DNA of 64,000 bases from an uncultured Planctomycetota bacterium. GTDB taxonomy: Bacteria; Planctomycetota; Planctomycetia; Isosphaerales; Isosphaeraceae. Each line of letters opens with the position of its first letter. The stretch's first letter is position 1. The DNA lies in the NCBI GenBank assembly GCA_963823665.1, contig CAWGMQ010000005.1, positions 800,001 through 864,000 of the forward strand, written 5' to 3'. The position numbers were made by a program, and so were the translations under genes. The notes beneath the pieces were generated by a model. That model was not told the origin of the DNA. It made no database searches and was given only the letters and a program-made list of their open reading frames with translations. Shown one piece after another: positions 21,045 to 32,148 of this stretch.

Positions 21045-21415
21045 CGGGCGATGGGCCGGCGTGTGAGAAGACTGGCCCTGGCGCCGGCGACTCCTACTTC
21101 CTGCCGGCGGGCTCCGGTTCGAAGCACGTGATCTTCCCGGGCGTCGAAATTCTGACGACCGCCGGCAAGAACATGATGCTCTCGGTCGTTCGCCTCGAGC
21201 CGAGATCGGTTGTGGAGGAACACTCGCATCCCCACGAGCAGATCGGCATCCTTCTCGAAGGCCGCCTCGAGTTCACGATCGGCGGAATCACCCGCCTGCT
21301 CGCCCCCGGCGACATCTGGCGCATCCCCGGCGGGGTGCTCCACAGCGTCCGCGCCCTGGACGCCCCCGCGCTCGCGCTCGACGTATTCCACCCGATCCGG
21401 GAAGATTACCTGTAG
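21041..21415 (+). CDS. Cupin domain protein
   Basis: HSHPHEQ ... IPGGVLH ... DVFHPIREDY. Confidence 0.85.
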   Translation: MTGDGPACEKTGPGAGDSYFLPAGSGSKHVIFPGVEILTTAGKNMMLSVVRLEPRSVVEEHSHPHEQIGILLEGRLEFTIGGITRLLAPGDIWRIPGGVLHSVRALDAPALALDVFHPIREDYL

Positions 21416-22372
21416 ATGCCAAGAATCCTGGTCGTCGGCTCCAGCAACACCGACATGACCGTACATCTACCGCGGCTGCCCGCCCCAGGGCAAACGGTCC
21501 TCGGCGGCGGTTATGCAACCACCCCCGGTGGCAAGGGCGCAAATCAGGCCGTGGCCGCGGCACGCGCCGGCGGCGACGTCGTCTTCATCACGGCCGTCGG
21601 CGACGACGTCCTTGGCAAGAACGCCGTCGACACGCTTCGCCGGGAAGGCATCGACGTCAGCCACGTCCACGTTTGCGCCGGCGCTTCCTCGGGCGTGGCA
21701 CTCATCTTCGTCGGCGAAGACGGGGAGAACATGATCGGTGTCGCGTCCGGCGCCAATCACATGCTCAGCCCGAAAGAGATCGACCGCCTGCCCGATTCCC
21801 TTTTCCGCGAGGGCGACGTGCTGCTCACAGGCCTCGAAATCCCCTCCGAAACGGCGGCACGCGCCATCGGCCGTGCCTCGGGCGCGGGAATGCGCGTGAT
21901 CCTCAACCCGGCCCCGGCTCCAGCATCGCCAGATGCCATCGCACCGGGCCTCTTTGCACTCGTCGACGTCCTCACGCCCAACCGTCTCGAAGCACTTGCG
22001 CTCGCGCGCATGAGCCCGATTGCCGGAGTCGAACCGGACTGGAACGAGTGCGCCGACCGTCTGCTTCAAGCCGGCGTCAACGCCGTGGTGATCACGCTGG
22101 GAGCCTCCGGCTGCCTGGTCGCGACGACCGCAAGCAAGCTGCAAGTGCCCGCGCCCAAGGTCGACGCAATCGATACCGTCGGCGCCGGTGACGCATTCAA
22201 CGGCGCATTCGCCGTCGCGCTATCCGAGAACCGATCCATCGAGGACGCCGCCGCCTGGGCCACCGCCGCAGCCGCGCTGGCCGTAACCCACCCCGGCGCC
22301 CGGTCCGCCCTCCCCTTCCGCGCAGACATCGACACCCTGGCCGCCCAGACGCAAGAACGGACCCACCCATGA
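21416..22372 (+). CDS. rbsK: Ribokinase
   Basis: VVGSSNTD, GGKGANQAVAAAR, NPAPA, DTVGAGDAFNG. Confidence 0.9.
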   Translation: MPRILVVGSSNTDMTVHLPRLPAPGQTVLGGGYATTPGGKGANQAVAAARAGGDVVFITAVGDDVLGKNAVDTLRREGIDVSHVHVCAGASSGVALIFVGEDGENMIGVASGANHMLSPKEIDRLPDSLFREGDVLLTGLEIPSETAARAIGRASGAGMRVILNPAPAPASPDAIAPGLFALVDVLTPNRLEALALARMSPIAGVEPDWNECADRLLQAGVNAVVITLGASGCLVATTASKLQVPAPKVDAIDTVGAGDAFNGAFAVALSENRSIEDAAAWATAAAALAVTHPGARSALPFRADIDTLAAQTQERTHP

Positions 22373-24096
22373 ATCCCCGTTGCGAACTACTGCCGTGTCT
22401 ATTCACGATCTTCGCGGCATCTCTGGTGTACTGCGGCGTCATTGGCCAGAAATCCGCCTTCGCCCACGATCGCCCATCCGGCCCGATTCACAAGACGCGA
22501 TCGGCCGTGATCGCCCGCCATGGAATGGCCGCCACCAGCCAGCCGCTCGCGACGGCGACCGCGATCCGAATCTTGCAGCAGGGGGGCAACGCCGTCGACG
22601 CCGCCATCGCGGCCAATGCCGTGCTGGGCGTGGTCGAGCCCATGTCGTGCGGCCTGGGCGGCGATCTCTTCGCGATCGTGTGGGATGCGAAATCCAAAAA
22701 ACTTGTCGGCTTGAACGCCAGCGGCCGCTCGCCTGCATCCGCCACGATCGATCTCTTCAAGTCGAAGGGCCTCAGCGCGATCCCCACGTTCGGGCCGTTG
22801 AGCTGGTCCGTGCCCGGTTGCGTCGACGGCTGGGATCAGCTTCGCAAGCGGTTTGGCACCAGGCCTCTCGCCGAGCTGCTCGCACCGGCGATCGACTACG
22901 CCGAAAACGGCTTCCCGGTGAGCGAGATCATCGCCGGTGATTGGCACGAAGCCGAGGCGAGCCTCAAAGAGATACCCAGCTCGGCGAAGTGCTTCCTGCC
23001 GGATGGATCTGCTCCGGCCACGGGCTCGGTCTTTCGTAACCCCGACCTCGCTCGGTCGCTGCGAGCCATCGCGACCGGCGGTCGTGACGCGTTCTACCAG
23101 GGGCCGATCGCCGAGGCGATCGTCCGGTATTCACGCTCGGTGGGCGGGCTCTTTTTGCCCGCAGATTTCAGCCAGCACACGAGCGCGTTCGTCGATCCTG
23201 TTTCAACGAACTATCGGGGCTACGACGTCTGGGAGCTCCCTCCCAACGGTCAGGGCATCGCGGCCTTGCAAATGCTCAACCTGCTTGAGGCTTATGACCT
23301 CAAGGCGCTCGGTCCCCAATCGGCCGAGGCGCTCCACTTGATGATCGAGGCCAAGAAACTGGCGTATGAAGACCGCGCCAAATACTATGCCGATCCCGAC
23401 TTCGGCCCCCTGCCCGTCTCAACCCTGATCTCCAAGCCCTACGCAGCCCGGCGTCGCGGCGAGATCAATCCCGACCAGGCAAACCTGCATCCGAAGCCCG
23501 GCGACCCGGCCCAGGCCGCCACAATTTATTTGACTGTCGTCGACCGCGACTTCAACTGCGTCAGCTTGATCCAGAGCAATTTCCACGGTTTCGGGTCGCA
23601 CCACGTGCCGGCCGGCGTCGGTTTTGTTCTGCAAAATCGCGGCTGTCTCTTTGCCCTGGATAGTGCCCACCTCAACCGCCTCGAGCCAAGAAAGCGTCCG
23701 TTCCACACGATCATTCCCGGTTTCGTCACCAAGGACGGCAAGCCCTGGCTGAGCTTCGGCTTGATGGGCGGCGATATGCAGGCCCAGGGGCATGCGCAGG
23801 TCATCTGCAACATGATCGACTTCGGCATGGATGTACAGGAAGCCGGCGATGCGCCAAGGTTCCGCCACTTCGGGTCCTCGGAGCCCACCGGCCAGCCCGC
23901 CAAGGGCGGCGGCTCGGTCGCTCTCGAATCCGGCATTACCGAGGAAGTCAGGCGCAAGCTGGCAGCCAAAGGCCACCAGCTCGCAAAAGCCCCAGGCTCC
24001 TTCGGCGGCTATCAGGCGATTCGGATCGACCTCGAAAGAGGCGTTCTGATCGGCGGATCCGATCCGCGCAAGGATGGGTGTGCGATGGGTTACTGA
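22369..24096 (+). CDS. ggt: Gamma-glutamyltransferase
   Basis: GGNAVDAAIA, GLGGDLF, TIYLTVVD (autocleavage Thr), PFHTIIP, SDPRKDG. Confidence 0.9.
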   Translation: MNPRCELLPCLFTIFAASLVYCGVIGQKSAFAHDRPSGPIHKTRSAVIARHGMAATSQPLATATAIRILQQGGNAVDAAIAANAVLGVVEPMSCGLGGDLFAIVWDAKSKKLVGLNASGRSPASATIDLFKSKGLSAIPTFGPLSWSVPGCVDGWDQLRKRFGTRPLAELLAPAIDYAENGFPVSEIIAGDWHEAEASLKEIPSSAKCFLPDGSAPATGSVFRNPDLARSLRAIATGGRDAFYQGPIAEAIVRYSRSVGGLFLPADFSQHTSAFVDPVSTNYRGYDVWELPPNGQGIAALQMLNLLEAYDLKALGPQSAEALHLMIEAKKLAYEDRAKYYADPDFGPLPVSTLISKPYAARRRGEINPDQANLHPKPGDPAQAATIYLTVVDRDFNCVSLIQSNFHGFGSHHVPAGVGFVLQNRGCLFALDSAHLNRLEPRKRPFHTIIPGFVTKDGKPWLSFGLMGGDMQAQGHAQVICNMIDFGMDVQEAGDAPRFRHFGSSEPTGQPAKGGGSVALESGITEEVRRKLAAKGHQLAKAPGSFGGYQAIRIDLERGVLIGGSDPRKDGCAMGY

Positions 24097-24281
24097 ATAT
24101 GCGGCCTGTATCGATCGTGCGCGACTCGGGATCTGTTTCGTATTAGCCCCATGTTTCGATCTGGTAGCTTTCGCAGCGCTCCGCAAGCTAGACTGGTAGG
24201 CTAACCGCTTCTCAAAACGGAACCCGCACGCGATCACCACCAGTCGACCGTCGCGGTTCTCTCCGCGATCATTGAGCCCCC

Positions 24282-26021
24282 ATGCGTTCTACACCGCGGA
24301 GATCATACCGGCGACGGCCGGGGCCGGAGTCGCTCGAGCCGCGCTGCGTGCTTTCCGGCAACGTGCCGCCCGGTATGGACCTGGCTCAGGCCAACTGGTT
24401 TTACCAGAACACGTTCGCCGCACCGGCCAGCGTCGCCCCCGAGTGGAATGGAAACGTCGCATCCGGCGACGCCGGTTCCTTGGGCGCCAATTACCTCGCC
24501 GCGATCATCGCCCGGGTGAACGACTATCGCTGGATGGCCGGCCTCCCCGGCGGCGTCACGCTCGACCCGACCGAGAACGCCGCGGACCAGCAGGCCGCCC
24601 TGATGGTCGCCGCCAATGACGAGCTCAGCCATTCGCCGCCACCAACCTGGCTCGACTACTCTGCCGCCGGTGCCGATGCCGCGGCGCATTCCGACCTGAC
24701 ACTCGGGGCTTCCGGCGTCACCGCGATCGATCTCTATATGACCGACCCCGGAGCCAGCAACACATTCGTCGGCCACCGGCGCTGGATCCTCGACCCAACC
24801 ACCCGCACGATGGGCGTCGGTGACATCCCCGCCGATTCAAACGCACTCTACGTCGTCCAACCTCAGGTGCCGCCCGCGCCCGACGTCACCGCCGTCGCCT
24901 GGCCGCCCGCCGGCTTCGTGCCGGCTCCGCTCATGCCCGAGCGATGGTCGCTCCAATATGACGTCGAGTGCAGATTTCTCACAGGCGACGGTGGCCATCA
25001 CCGAAAACGGCACGCCTCAAACTGTTCAGATCCTCAGCAACGACGACAACGGATATGGCGGCAATGCCATCGTGTGGGACATGCCTTTCGCCCCGTCGCC
25101 CGAGCCTGGACAGCAAACGGTTTACACCGTCAACGTCGCCAACGTGATGATCAATGGCACGCCGCAGTCATTCTCCTACACCACGACGTCGTTCGACCCG
25201 AGCACAACAACCGCGCTGTCAACCGGTGCCCGCCTCGGTCGAGTTCCTTCAGCCGGCTGTACAAGTCTCTGCGAATGCCGGCTCGATCGTGATCGAAGTC
25301 GCTCGCAGCATGAACGCGGACCAGCCAGTAACAGTCGAGTATTTCACCTCGAACGGCAGTGCGATCTCGGGTACGAATTATCTTGCGACGAGCGGAACGC
25401 TCACGTTCGCCCCCGGGCAATTCTACAGTCAGATCGTCGTGCCGATCCTCGCGGGCAACTCCGTGAATGCCGGCACGACGTTTTCGATCGTGCTCGACTC
25501 GCTTGGGCAAGCCAGCATCGGGCCCGTCAGTTCGACGCTGGTCACGATCACCGGTGCCTCTGGCAACAGCACTGCGCCATCGGGTGGGGGAGGAAGTCCG
25601 GTCATTGAGCCAATCGTCCCGAATCCGCCGGTTGTCCTGGGCGTGCTGGATCTATTTCAGCCGACCGTCGCGGGCCACTCCCGTCAGAGTCGCCGTGACG
25701 AGACCCGGCTCGTGGGCTTCCAGTTGATCTTCAATGAGCAGGTCGATCCTGCATCCGCCACGGCGATTGGCAATTACTCGCTCATTCAATACCAGCCTCA
25801 CGACCGCAGCCTGGTCGCCCAATCGGTGCGGTTTCATGTCAGCTATGACCCGGCCGCGGATATGGTCAGCCTGGAGCTGATTGGCAAGCATCCGTTCCCG
25901 CGGGGCGGCCGATTGACCCTCGCGCATCGGGCACGAACGGAATCAGCAATGCGTCCGGCGCGCTCCTCGCCGGCAACTCCAGCTTCGCCATCTCGCCCGG
26001 GGCGAAGAGCATCGTGCCCTG
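24282..26021 (+). CDS. Secreted CAP/SCP + Calx-beta domain protein (about three frameshifts)
   Basis: PESLEPRCVLS N-terminus; VNDYRWMAGL, LSH-x-PP, GHRRWIL; Calx-beta-like V-x-Y-x-T-x-NGSA...Y-x-ATSGTLTFAPG in a later frame. Confidence 0.65.
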
Positions 26022-26029
26022 AACTCGCT

Positions 26030-26913
26030 TCATTTCAGCAGCGGCCGGATCTCGATCTTGCGAAAGAGAATCTCGGCACCCTCCGACTGAATAATGATCT
26101 TTCCCTTCGTCAGGCTGGACCTGGTCGCTGCGTTCACCAGATAGCCGTTCACGATGTTCGTGATCGAGTCGCCATCGCAGATCACGTGCATGCGGTTCCA
26201 TTCGCCGGTGGGCTTCTCAACGTCGCGAGCGCCCGGAAACCCAGAACGTCTTTCCAGGCCGGGTCGCGGCCCCACCAGTTGAAGCGACCCGAGTCGCGGG
26301 TTTCGGATTTTCCACCTTTTTCGAAATACAACTGTCCGTCGGGTCCGCGCCGTGTTTCACACGTCAGGCTCGATTTGTTTCCGTTGGCGCCCACCATGAT
26401 GAAATCGCCGCAGCCCCCTTCGATGATCTGGCATTCCTGCGACTCCATCCAGTTGCCGCCGGCCGCACCGTCGGGCCCAACACAATGGAGCAAGAGCCCC
26501 GAGTCGCGAGCGCTCCGCTTTCGCGACCCGAACGTGCGCTCCCCCCACTTCCACTCGACGTAGAGCACATAGTCGCGAAACTCCTCGCGGGTCGTCAGAC
26601 CGCCGAACTCCTCGCCCGAAATATCGAGCACCCCGTCCCTGACCGTGAAAACTTTCTTGGGATCGTCGTACTTGCTGTGGTGCAAATAGGAGTAAAAGCC
26701 CGTCAGATCCTTGCCATTGAACTGGAGAACCGGCTCTCCCGTGCGCGCGCTGGGCGGCACCTCGCGTGCGTAGGACGGCACGTCCTGGGCGAGTGCGGCG
26801 AGCTCTCGCCCTGGCGCGACCCACGCGCACCCGAGAGCGAGCCACAGCGCGACCACACGAGCGGCGCGGTGGGAGCGATTGTTCCGGAATGTCGGCGCTC
26901 GGCGACAGCTCAT
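26030..26913 (-). CDS. DUF1080 (3-keto-disaccharide hydrolase family) protein (frameshift ~26235)
   Basis: FNGKDLTG, RDSG, ECQI, GEWN, QSEGAEI-x-FRKI. Confidence 0.85.
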
Positions 26914-26949
26914 GGCAACAATCCTGGCACGAGATACGGCAACAGGCCC

Positions 26950-27228
26950 TCAGGCACGCTGCCGGTGAATTCGGCCCCCTTGCCCCCGGCAGATCGCCTC
27001 GACCTTCTTGATCATCGATTGGTCGGGGCACGCGATCGAGAGAAGCATCCCCTGCCCTCCCTCGATCTGTTCCGGCGGAGTGACACCCATCCGGTCGTTG
27101 GGAATGCCGATTTGTGTCACTAGCTGAATCACCAGGTTTCCCAGCGCCGAATTCGGAAAGAACACCACGACGCGAGGCATACCCTCGGCTGTTGACACCA
27201 ACCCGGGCCGAATTTGCGGCGTTTGCAT
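26950..27228 (-). CDS. Small hypothetical protein
   Basis: 92 aa, protein-like composition, translationally adjacent to the DUF1080 gene. Confidence 0.55.
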   Translation of the reverse strand: MQTPQIRPGLVSTAEGMPRVVVFFPNSALGNLVIQLVTQIGIPNDRMGVTPPEQIEGGQGMLLSIACPDQSMIKKVEAICRGQGGRIHRQRA

Positions 27229-27444
27229 GAAGAATCCAATCTCTACTTCTGTCCCCAAGACGAACGGGGACGGGAGGGAGGTCGCATTTCCGCAGTCAAG
27301 AGCACAAGTTTGACGCAACACCTCGGCGATCGCAAGCCGCTTCTGTCTCGCCACGTCCGCGGGGCGGCCTCAATCGAGCGATTCCTTCATTTGTTATGAT
27401 GGCCGCCGGCATTTCGCCATGGTAACCCAGGAATCACGCCATCC

Positions 27445-28284
27445 ATGCGCCAGCTCCTTCTCCTTATCCTGCTCTCGGCTGCCGCGGCGGATGATCCATC
27501 CCCGCTCGAGCCGCTCGGCCGGCTCGACGTCAAGCTCATTCCGGAAGCCTCGGGAATCGTCAAGAGTCGCCGTCATCCTGGCGTCTTCTGGGTACACAAC
27601 GACTCCGGCAATCCTCCGTCGATCTTCGCGATCCGTGCCGACGGCCGCATCATCCGCGAGTTTCGCCTCGAGATCCCCAACATCGACTGGGAAGACATCG
27701 CAATCGACGACCAGGGGCATCTCTATATCGGCGACATCGGCAACAACCTGGGTGCCCTTCCGGCCCGCGCAATCTATCGCATCGACGAGCCAGACCCGGT
27801 CCATCCCGCGGCTCAGCCGATCAAGGCCATCGCAGTCTCGCGTTACGCCTTGCCACGCGGTAACCGCTTCGACGCAGAAAGCCTCGACTACGATCACGGC
27901 ACTGCGATCGTGATCGCAAAATACCGTGACGGCCGCGAAGCCGAGGTCTTTGCCGTCGGGTTCGACACACCCACCCCCGTACTCACGCGCGTCGAGCCGC
28001 GACCGCTCGGCCATCTGGCCGGCTTCACTGAGCCCGCGACAGGCTCAGACCTCGACTCCGATCGCACGCACCTGGCGGTGTGCTCCTCGAACGTCACCAG
28101 GATCTATCGTCGCGGGGATGTGAAAAAGCACGACTGGAAGCTAGAACGCGAAGTACGCTATCCCGCAGCGCAGCTTGAAGGGATCTGCTGGGACGGACGT
28201 GACCTCATCCTCGTCGCTGAAGGAGGCGGAATCTTCCGGATCAAGGAGAAAACCTGGCGAGCCTCACCGCCGAGACATTCGTGA
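27445..28284 (+). CDS. Secreted beta-propeller (phytase-like/SdiA-regulated-like) protein
   Basis: signal peptide; EASG, W-x-HNDSG, DWEDIA, YIGDIGNN, DAES, EGI. Confidence 0.7.
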   Translation: MRQLLLLILLSAAAADDPSPLEPLGRLDVKLIPEASGIVKSRRHPGVFWVHNDSGNPPSIFAIRADGRIIREFRLEIPNIDWEDIAIDDQGHLYIGDIGNNLGALPARAIYRIDEPDPVHPAAQPIKAIAVSRYALPRGNRFDAESLDYDHGTAIVIAKYRDGREAEVFAVGFDTPTPVLTRVEPRPLGHLAGFTEPATGSDLDSDRTHLAVCSSNVTRIYRRGDVKKHDWKLEREVRYPAAQLEGICWDGRDLILVAEGGGIFRIKEKTWRASPPRHS

Positions 28285-28325
28285 CGGCTGCACCCGCCGG
28301 CCAGATCGACCTCAACCCAGCCTCA

Positions 28326-29006
28326 TTACTCGGCCGGGCGCTGGCTGGTCGTAGCGACGAGCACCTTACCGGCCGCGGCCACGCCGAGGGCAACGTTGCG
28401 GCGACCGATCCGGCACACGATCGCGCCGGCCTCGGGCCGGTTCTCGAGAATCTCGCCCATCGCGTTCAATTCGAGGCCGCTTTCGCTCAGGTAGCGCAGA
28501 AACGCCGGATCCTGGTCCATGACGCGGACCACCCGAAAATGCTGGCCTGGCCCGCAGCGAGCCAGCGCGATTCCCGCGATCTCCTCGAATGAGCCATCCG
28601 CGCGGGGGATCGGGTCGCCGTGAGGGTCGACCGCGGGGTAGCCGAGGTAGGCGTCGATCCGGTCGATCAGCCGCTCGGAGGCGGCGTGCTCCATGTGCTC
28701 GGCCTCCTCGTGCACCTCATCCCAGGTCATGGTTAGCGTTTCGGCGAGGAACCGTTCGAGCAGGCGATGGCGGCGAATCACTTTCATCGCCAGCCGCTGC
28801 CCCGAGTCGGTGAGCCGTGCGCCCTCGTACGGAGTGTAGGTGGCGAGGTTTGCTTCAGACAGCGTCTTGAGCATGCCCGTGACGGTGCCGGGCGAGACGT
28901 TCAGCGCCTGCGCCAGTTCACCGGTCGCAACAGCATTGCCGGAAGGATCGCGGGCGGCAATGAGCGCGATCGTTTTGACGTAGTTTTCGACGGTCAGGCT
29001 GGGCAC
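28326..29006 (-). CDS. mntR: DtxR/MntR-family metal-dependent regulator with FeoA domain
   Basis: ENYVKTI, RRHRLLERFL, VHEEAEHMEH, DPHGDPIP. Confidence 0.88.
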   Translation of the reverse strand: MPSLTVENYVKTIALIAARDPSGNAVATGELAQALNVSPGTVTGMLKTLSEANLATYTPYEGARLTDSGQRLAMKVIRRHRLLERFLAETLTMTWDEVHEEAEHMEHAASERLIDRIDAYLGYPAVDPHGDPIPRADGSFEEIAGIALARCGPGQHFRVVRVMDQDPAFLRYLSESGLELNAMGEILENRPEAGAIVCRIGRRNVALGVAAAGKVLVATTSQRPAE

Positions 29007-29163
29007 GACGCGTTTCGGGCTCCCCTGCGCGGCACGACTCGACGGCGGAGACGCCGTGTATCATAACGTAATAGCCGCGATCGAAGGAAGGAGCCGGCCT
29101 CGGCGTGGTCAACTGCCGGCTGCGCGCACTCGATCGATTGGCACATCCGGGGATCGCCGAAAA

Positions 29164-29234
29164 AGACGCCGGTGGGAGTCGAACCCACTTGAACCGGGTT
29201 GCAGCCGGTCGCCTGGCCGTCTGGCTCCAGCGTC
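29164..29234 (-). tRNA. tRNA-Cys(GCA), non-canonical G8/G14
   Basis: folded by hand: acceptor GACGCUG/CGGCGUC + U73; anticodon arm ACCGG-CUGCAAC-CCGGU; T arm GUGGG-UUCGACU-CCCAC. Confidence 0.9.
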
Positions 29235-29254
29235 AAGCGAGCGATCAATCATGA

Positions 29255-29327
29255 TGTCCCCGCCAGGAATCGAACCTGGTCCTCGACCTTCGCAAAGTCG
29301 TGTGCTGGTCCGGCACACCCCGAGGAC
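29255..29327 (-). tRNA. tRNA-Arg(GCG), non-canonical G8/G14
   Basis: acceptor GUCCUCG/CGGGGAC + A; anticodon arm CGACU-UUGCGAA-GGUCG; A20 Arg determinant; T arm CCAGG-UUCGAUU-CCUGG. Confidence 0.85.
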
Positions 29328-29340
29328 GATTGTTTCCGTA

Positions 29341-29411
29341 TCCCCCGCCCGGGAATCGAACCCGGCCCTGCGGCTTCGAAGACCGCCGTGCGCCCGACAC
29401 ACTCGCGAGAA
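29341..29411 (-). tRNA. tRNA-Arg(UCG), non-canonical G8/G14
   Basis: anticodon arm GCGGU-CUUCGAA-GCCGC; T arm CCGGG-UUCGAUU-CCCGG; acceptor stem is G-U rich (possible homopolymer error). Confidence 0.75.
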
Positions 29412-29428
29412 TCGATCCTCCCTCCACA

Positions 29429-29501
29429 TGCCCTCGCCAGGAATCGAACCTGGTCTTCAACCTTCGGAAAGTTGCGTGCTCATCCGGCACACCCCAAGGG
29501 C
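29429..29501 (-). tRNA. tRNA-Arg(CCG), non-canonical G8/G14
   Basis: acceptor GCCCUUG/CGAGGGC + A; anticodon arm CAACU-UUCCGAA-GGUUG; A20 present. Confidence 0.85.
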
Positions 29502-29953
29502 TTTCCAAGCAGTGCACCCAGAGCGCGCTGAGTTTGAACTGCGAAGATCAGACGCTCGTCGGGTCCAGAATGTTCGCGCGAATCGCGCACGAACCTCCGG
29601 CCGGCGATCATCCTGCCACCAGGCCGAAGCTTGGCTGGCTCAGTTGATGGCCTCCGAGCGCCCGACGCACCCGCAAGGACCACAATGAGATGGCCCGGCG
29701 GCACCCACGCGTCATTTAATCATCTTTTTTCTGGAGAGCTGCCAAAAGATCGTACATAATCGAGGGTCGAGTATCTGTCGGGCTATGTGGCTGTCAGAGG
29801 GGCGGCTCGGACTGGGAAACGCTCGAGCTTCGCGAGCTTTGGCACGCTGCGCCGGGAATCCTGGCGAAGCTGTGCGGCGAAAGCGGGGGCTCCATCCTCT
29901 CCGGCCGGCGAAGCGGATAGACACGACGCGAAAGCACGCGGGGCCTGCGCACC

Positions 29954-32088
29954 ATGAAACGCGATCGAATCGAGAAGCTGATCTATAGCGGCCGTAGCGC
30001 TCAGCGCTTCACCCAGGACACGCCGATCCTACCCGATGTCTGGATCGAATATGCTGTCCACCCCGGCGCCGCCAAGCGCTTGCTGCTGACTCCGTGGCAG
30101 GGGCCCGGGCTCTTCCATACCACACCTGGGCTGCTCAGCGTCGTGGTGCGGCAGCGACTGGAGGCCGAGCGCTGCCCAGCGGCGGTCCGGCCAAACGAAA
30201 ACGATCGAAGTCAGCCTCCGAGCCGATTTCTGGCCCTCCCCCCGTGCAAGTCGCCTACAATAATTCGACCGTTCTCGTCGAAATGAGCTTTACCGAGCTC
30301 ATCCGTGTGGTGCTGCCGCTCTCCGATTGGTGGCGCGTGCGGATCGCCGAACCGGGCTACGACCGCCTCTTGAAGAAGCTTCGCCTGGCGCAAGACGATG
30401 AGAAGTTCCTCGCCAGCCTGGACGAACCCGGCGTCTTGGGATCACGGCCCAAGAGTTCACAGCATGCGCCGAAGAAGTCCGGCGAAACCACGAGCGACCC
30501 GGATCAGATCGACATCTATCAACTCCCCCCCGCCTTGCTCTGGATGATCCGAATCATCGGCTCGATCGCTCTGGCTGACCGTGCCGCGAGGAGCAACAAA
30601 ACGCTGCCGGAGGACTGGCCGCCGCAGCGCGAGAATGGCACCGAGCCGACGGAGCCGTTGCGAAAACAGATTCGCAATCACCTTCGCAAAGTGATCGGCG
30701 CCGTCGCCGACCTCCTCGAGAATATCGATACTCAGCCAGCAAGCGTCCCCGCCGACAAGGACGACCCGACCGAATCACCGCCGGTCGTTCGAGTCTATTC
30801 GGTGAGCCTCAACCGGAAGGCTGCGACAACGTTGCACGATTCGCGAATGGCGGTCAAGGCCGATGCCGCTGTTCAGTTATTCAGCATCTCATGTAAGGAG
30901 CTCTCCTGGGCCGTCGTCGACAGCGGCATCGACGCCCGTCACCCCGCGTTCCGCATTCGCGCAAACGATAAGCCCGCGCCCGCACCGTTCGCCGGGGGAA
31001 AGAACTGGACTCGCATCACCGCGACCTACGATTTCACTGTGATTCAGTACCTCTTGAGCGCCGACGCGGCGGCCGATGAGACTCTCAGCAAGGACCTCCG
31101 CAGCCGCCTCGACCTGATTCAGCGGCGAGTCGCTGCGGGCCGGGGTCCGAAGAAAAGCAAGGCTGATGAAATCTTCGTCGAGCAGTACGACAGGCTGCAA
31201 CGGAGCTTGCTCAAGGGACGGGCAATCGACTGGGCACTGCTGCTGCCATTCATCACCGTCCCGCAAGTCGATATCGACACCTATCGACCACCTACGAACG
31301 AACACGGGACGCACGTTGCGGGAATCATCGGGGCCGACTGGCGGGCTGACGACCCTGAGGCGCCACCGGATGGCGACGTGGTTGGTATCGCGCGCGATAT
31401 CAATCTTTACGACATCCGCGTGCTGGACGACCAAGGCCATGGCGATGAGTTCAATGTGATCGCCGCGCTTCAGTTTCTTCGCTATCTGAAGTCACAGAAG
31501 GACTTCATGGCCTTCCACGGCGTGAATATCAGCCTCTCGATCCGCCACGATGTCGCCAACTACGCCTGCGGCTGCACGCCGGTGTGTGACGAGTGTGGGC
31601 GGCTGGTCGGCAACGGCATCGTGGTGGTCGCGGCCGCCGGCAACGACGGCTACAAACAAATCCTTCTCGCCAAGGGAGGCACCCTCGATAGTTTCCACAG
31701 CATCAGCATCACCGATCCGGGCAATGCCGAAAGCGTGATCACCGTCGGGTCGACTCACAGGCAAATGCCGCACACCTATGGCGTGAGCTATTTCTCCAGC
31801 AGGGGGCCCACCGGCGACGGGCGCGCAAAACCCGACCTCGTCGCTCCTGGCGAAAAGATCACGGCCACGGCGCCCGACGGCGCCGTTCTGACCTTGGACG
31901 GCACGAGCATGGCAGCCCCTCACGTCAGCGGCGCAGCGGCGCTTTTGATCGCCCGCCACCGTGAGCTGTCCGGGCAGCCGGCCCGGATCAAGAGTGTGCT
32001 CCGCCAGTCCGCCACGGACCTGGGCCGCGAGCGCTACTTCCAGGGCACCGGCATGCTCGACGTCCTCCGAGCGATTCAATCGGTCTGA
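29954..32088 (+). CDS. Cytoplasmic S8 (subtilisin-like) serine protease with long N-terminal region (frameshift ~30170)
   Basis: triad motifs AVVDSGID, HGTHVAG, GTSMAAPHVSG; AAGN; no signal peptide; N-terminus RFTQDTPILPDVW in the upstream frame. Confidence 0.88.
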
Positions 32089-32148
32089 CATAATCACCTA
32101 TGTAATTCACCCGGACATCGCCACTCGGAACCGGGAAAGGAGCTCTTC

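Noticed and set aside
29255..29327. tRNA-Ala(UGC) reading of this tRNA
   Set aside because: The 7-nt loop centres on GCG, there is no G3-U70, and A20 is present, all favouring Arg.
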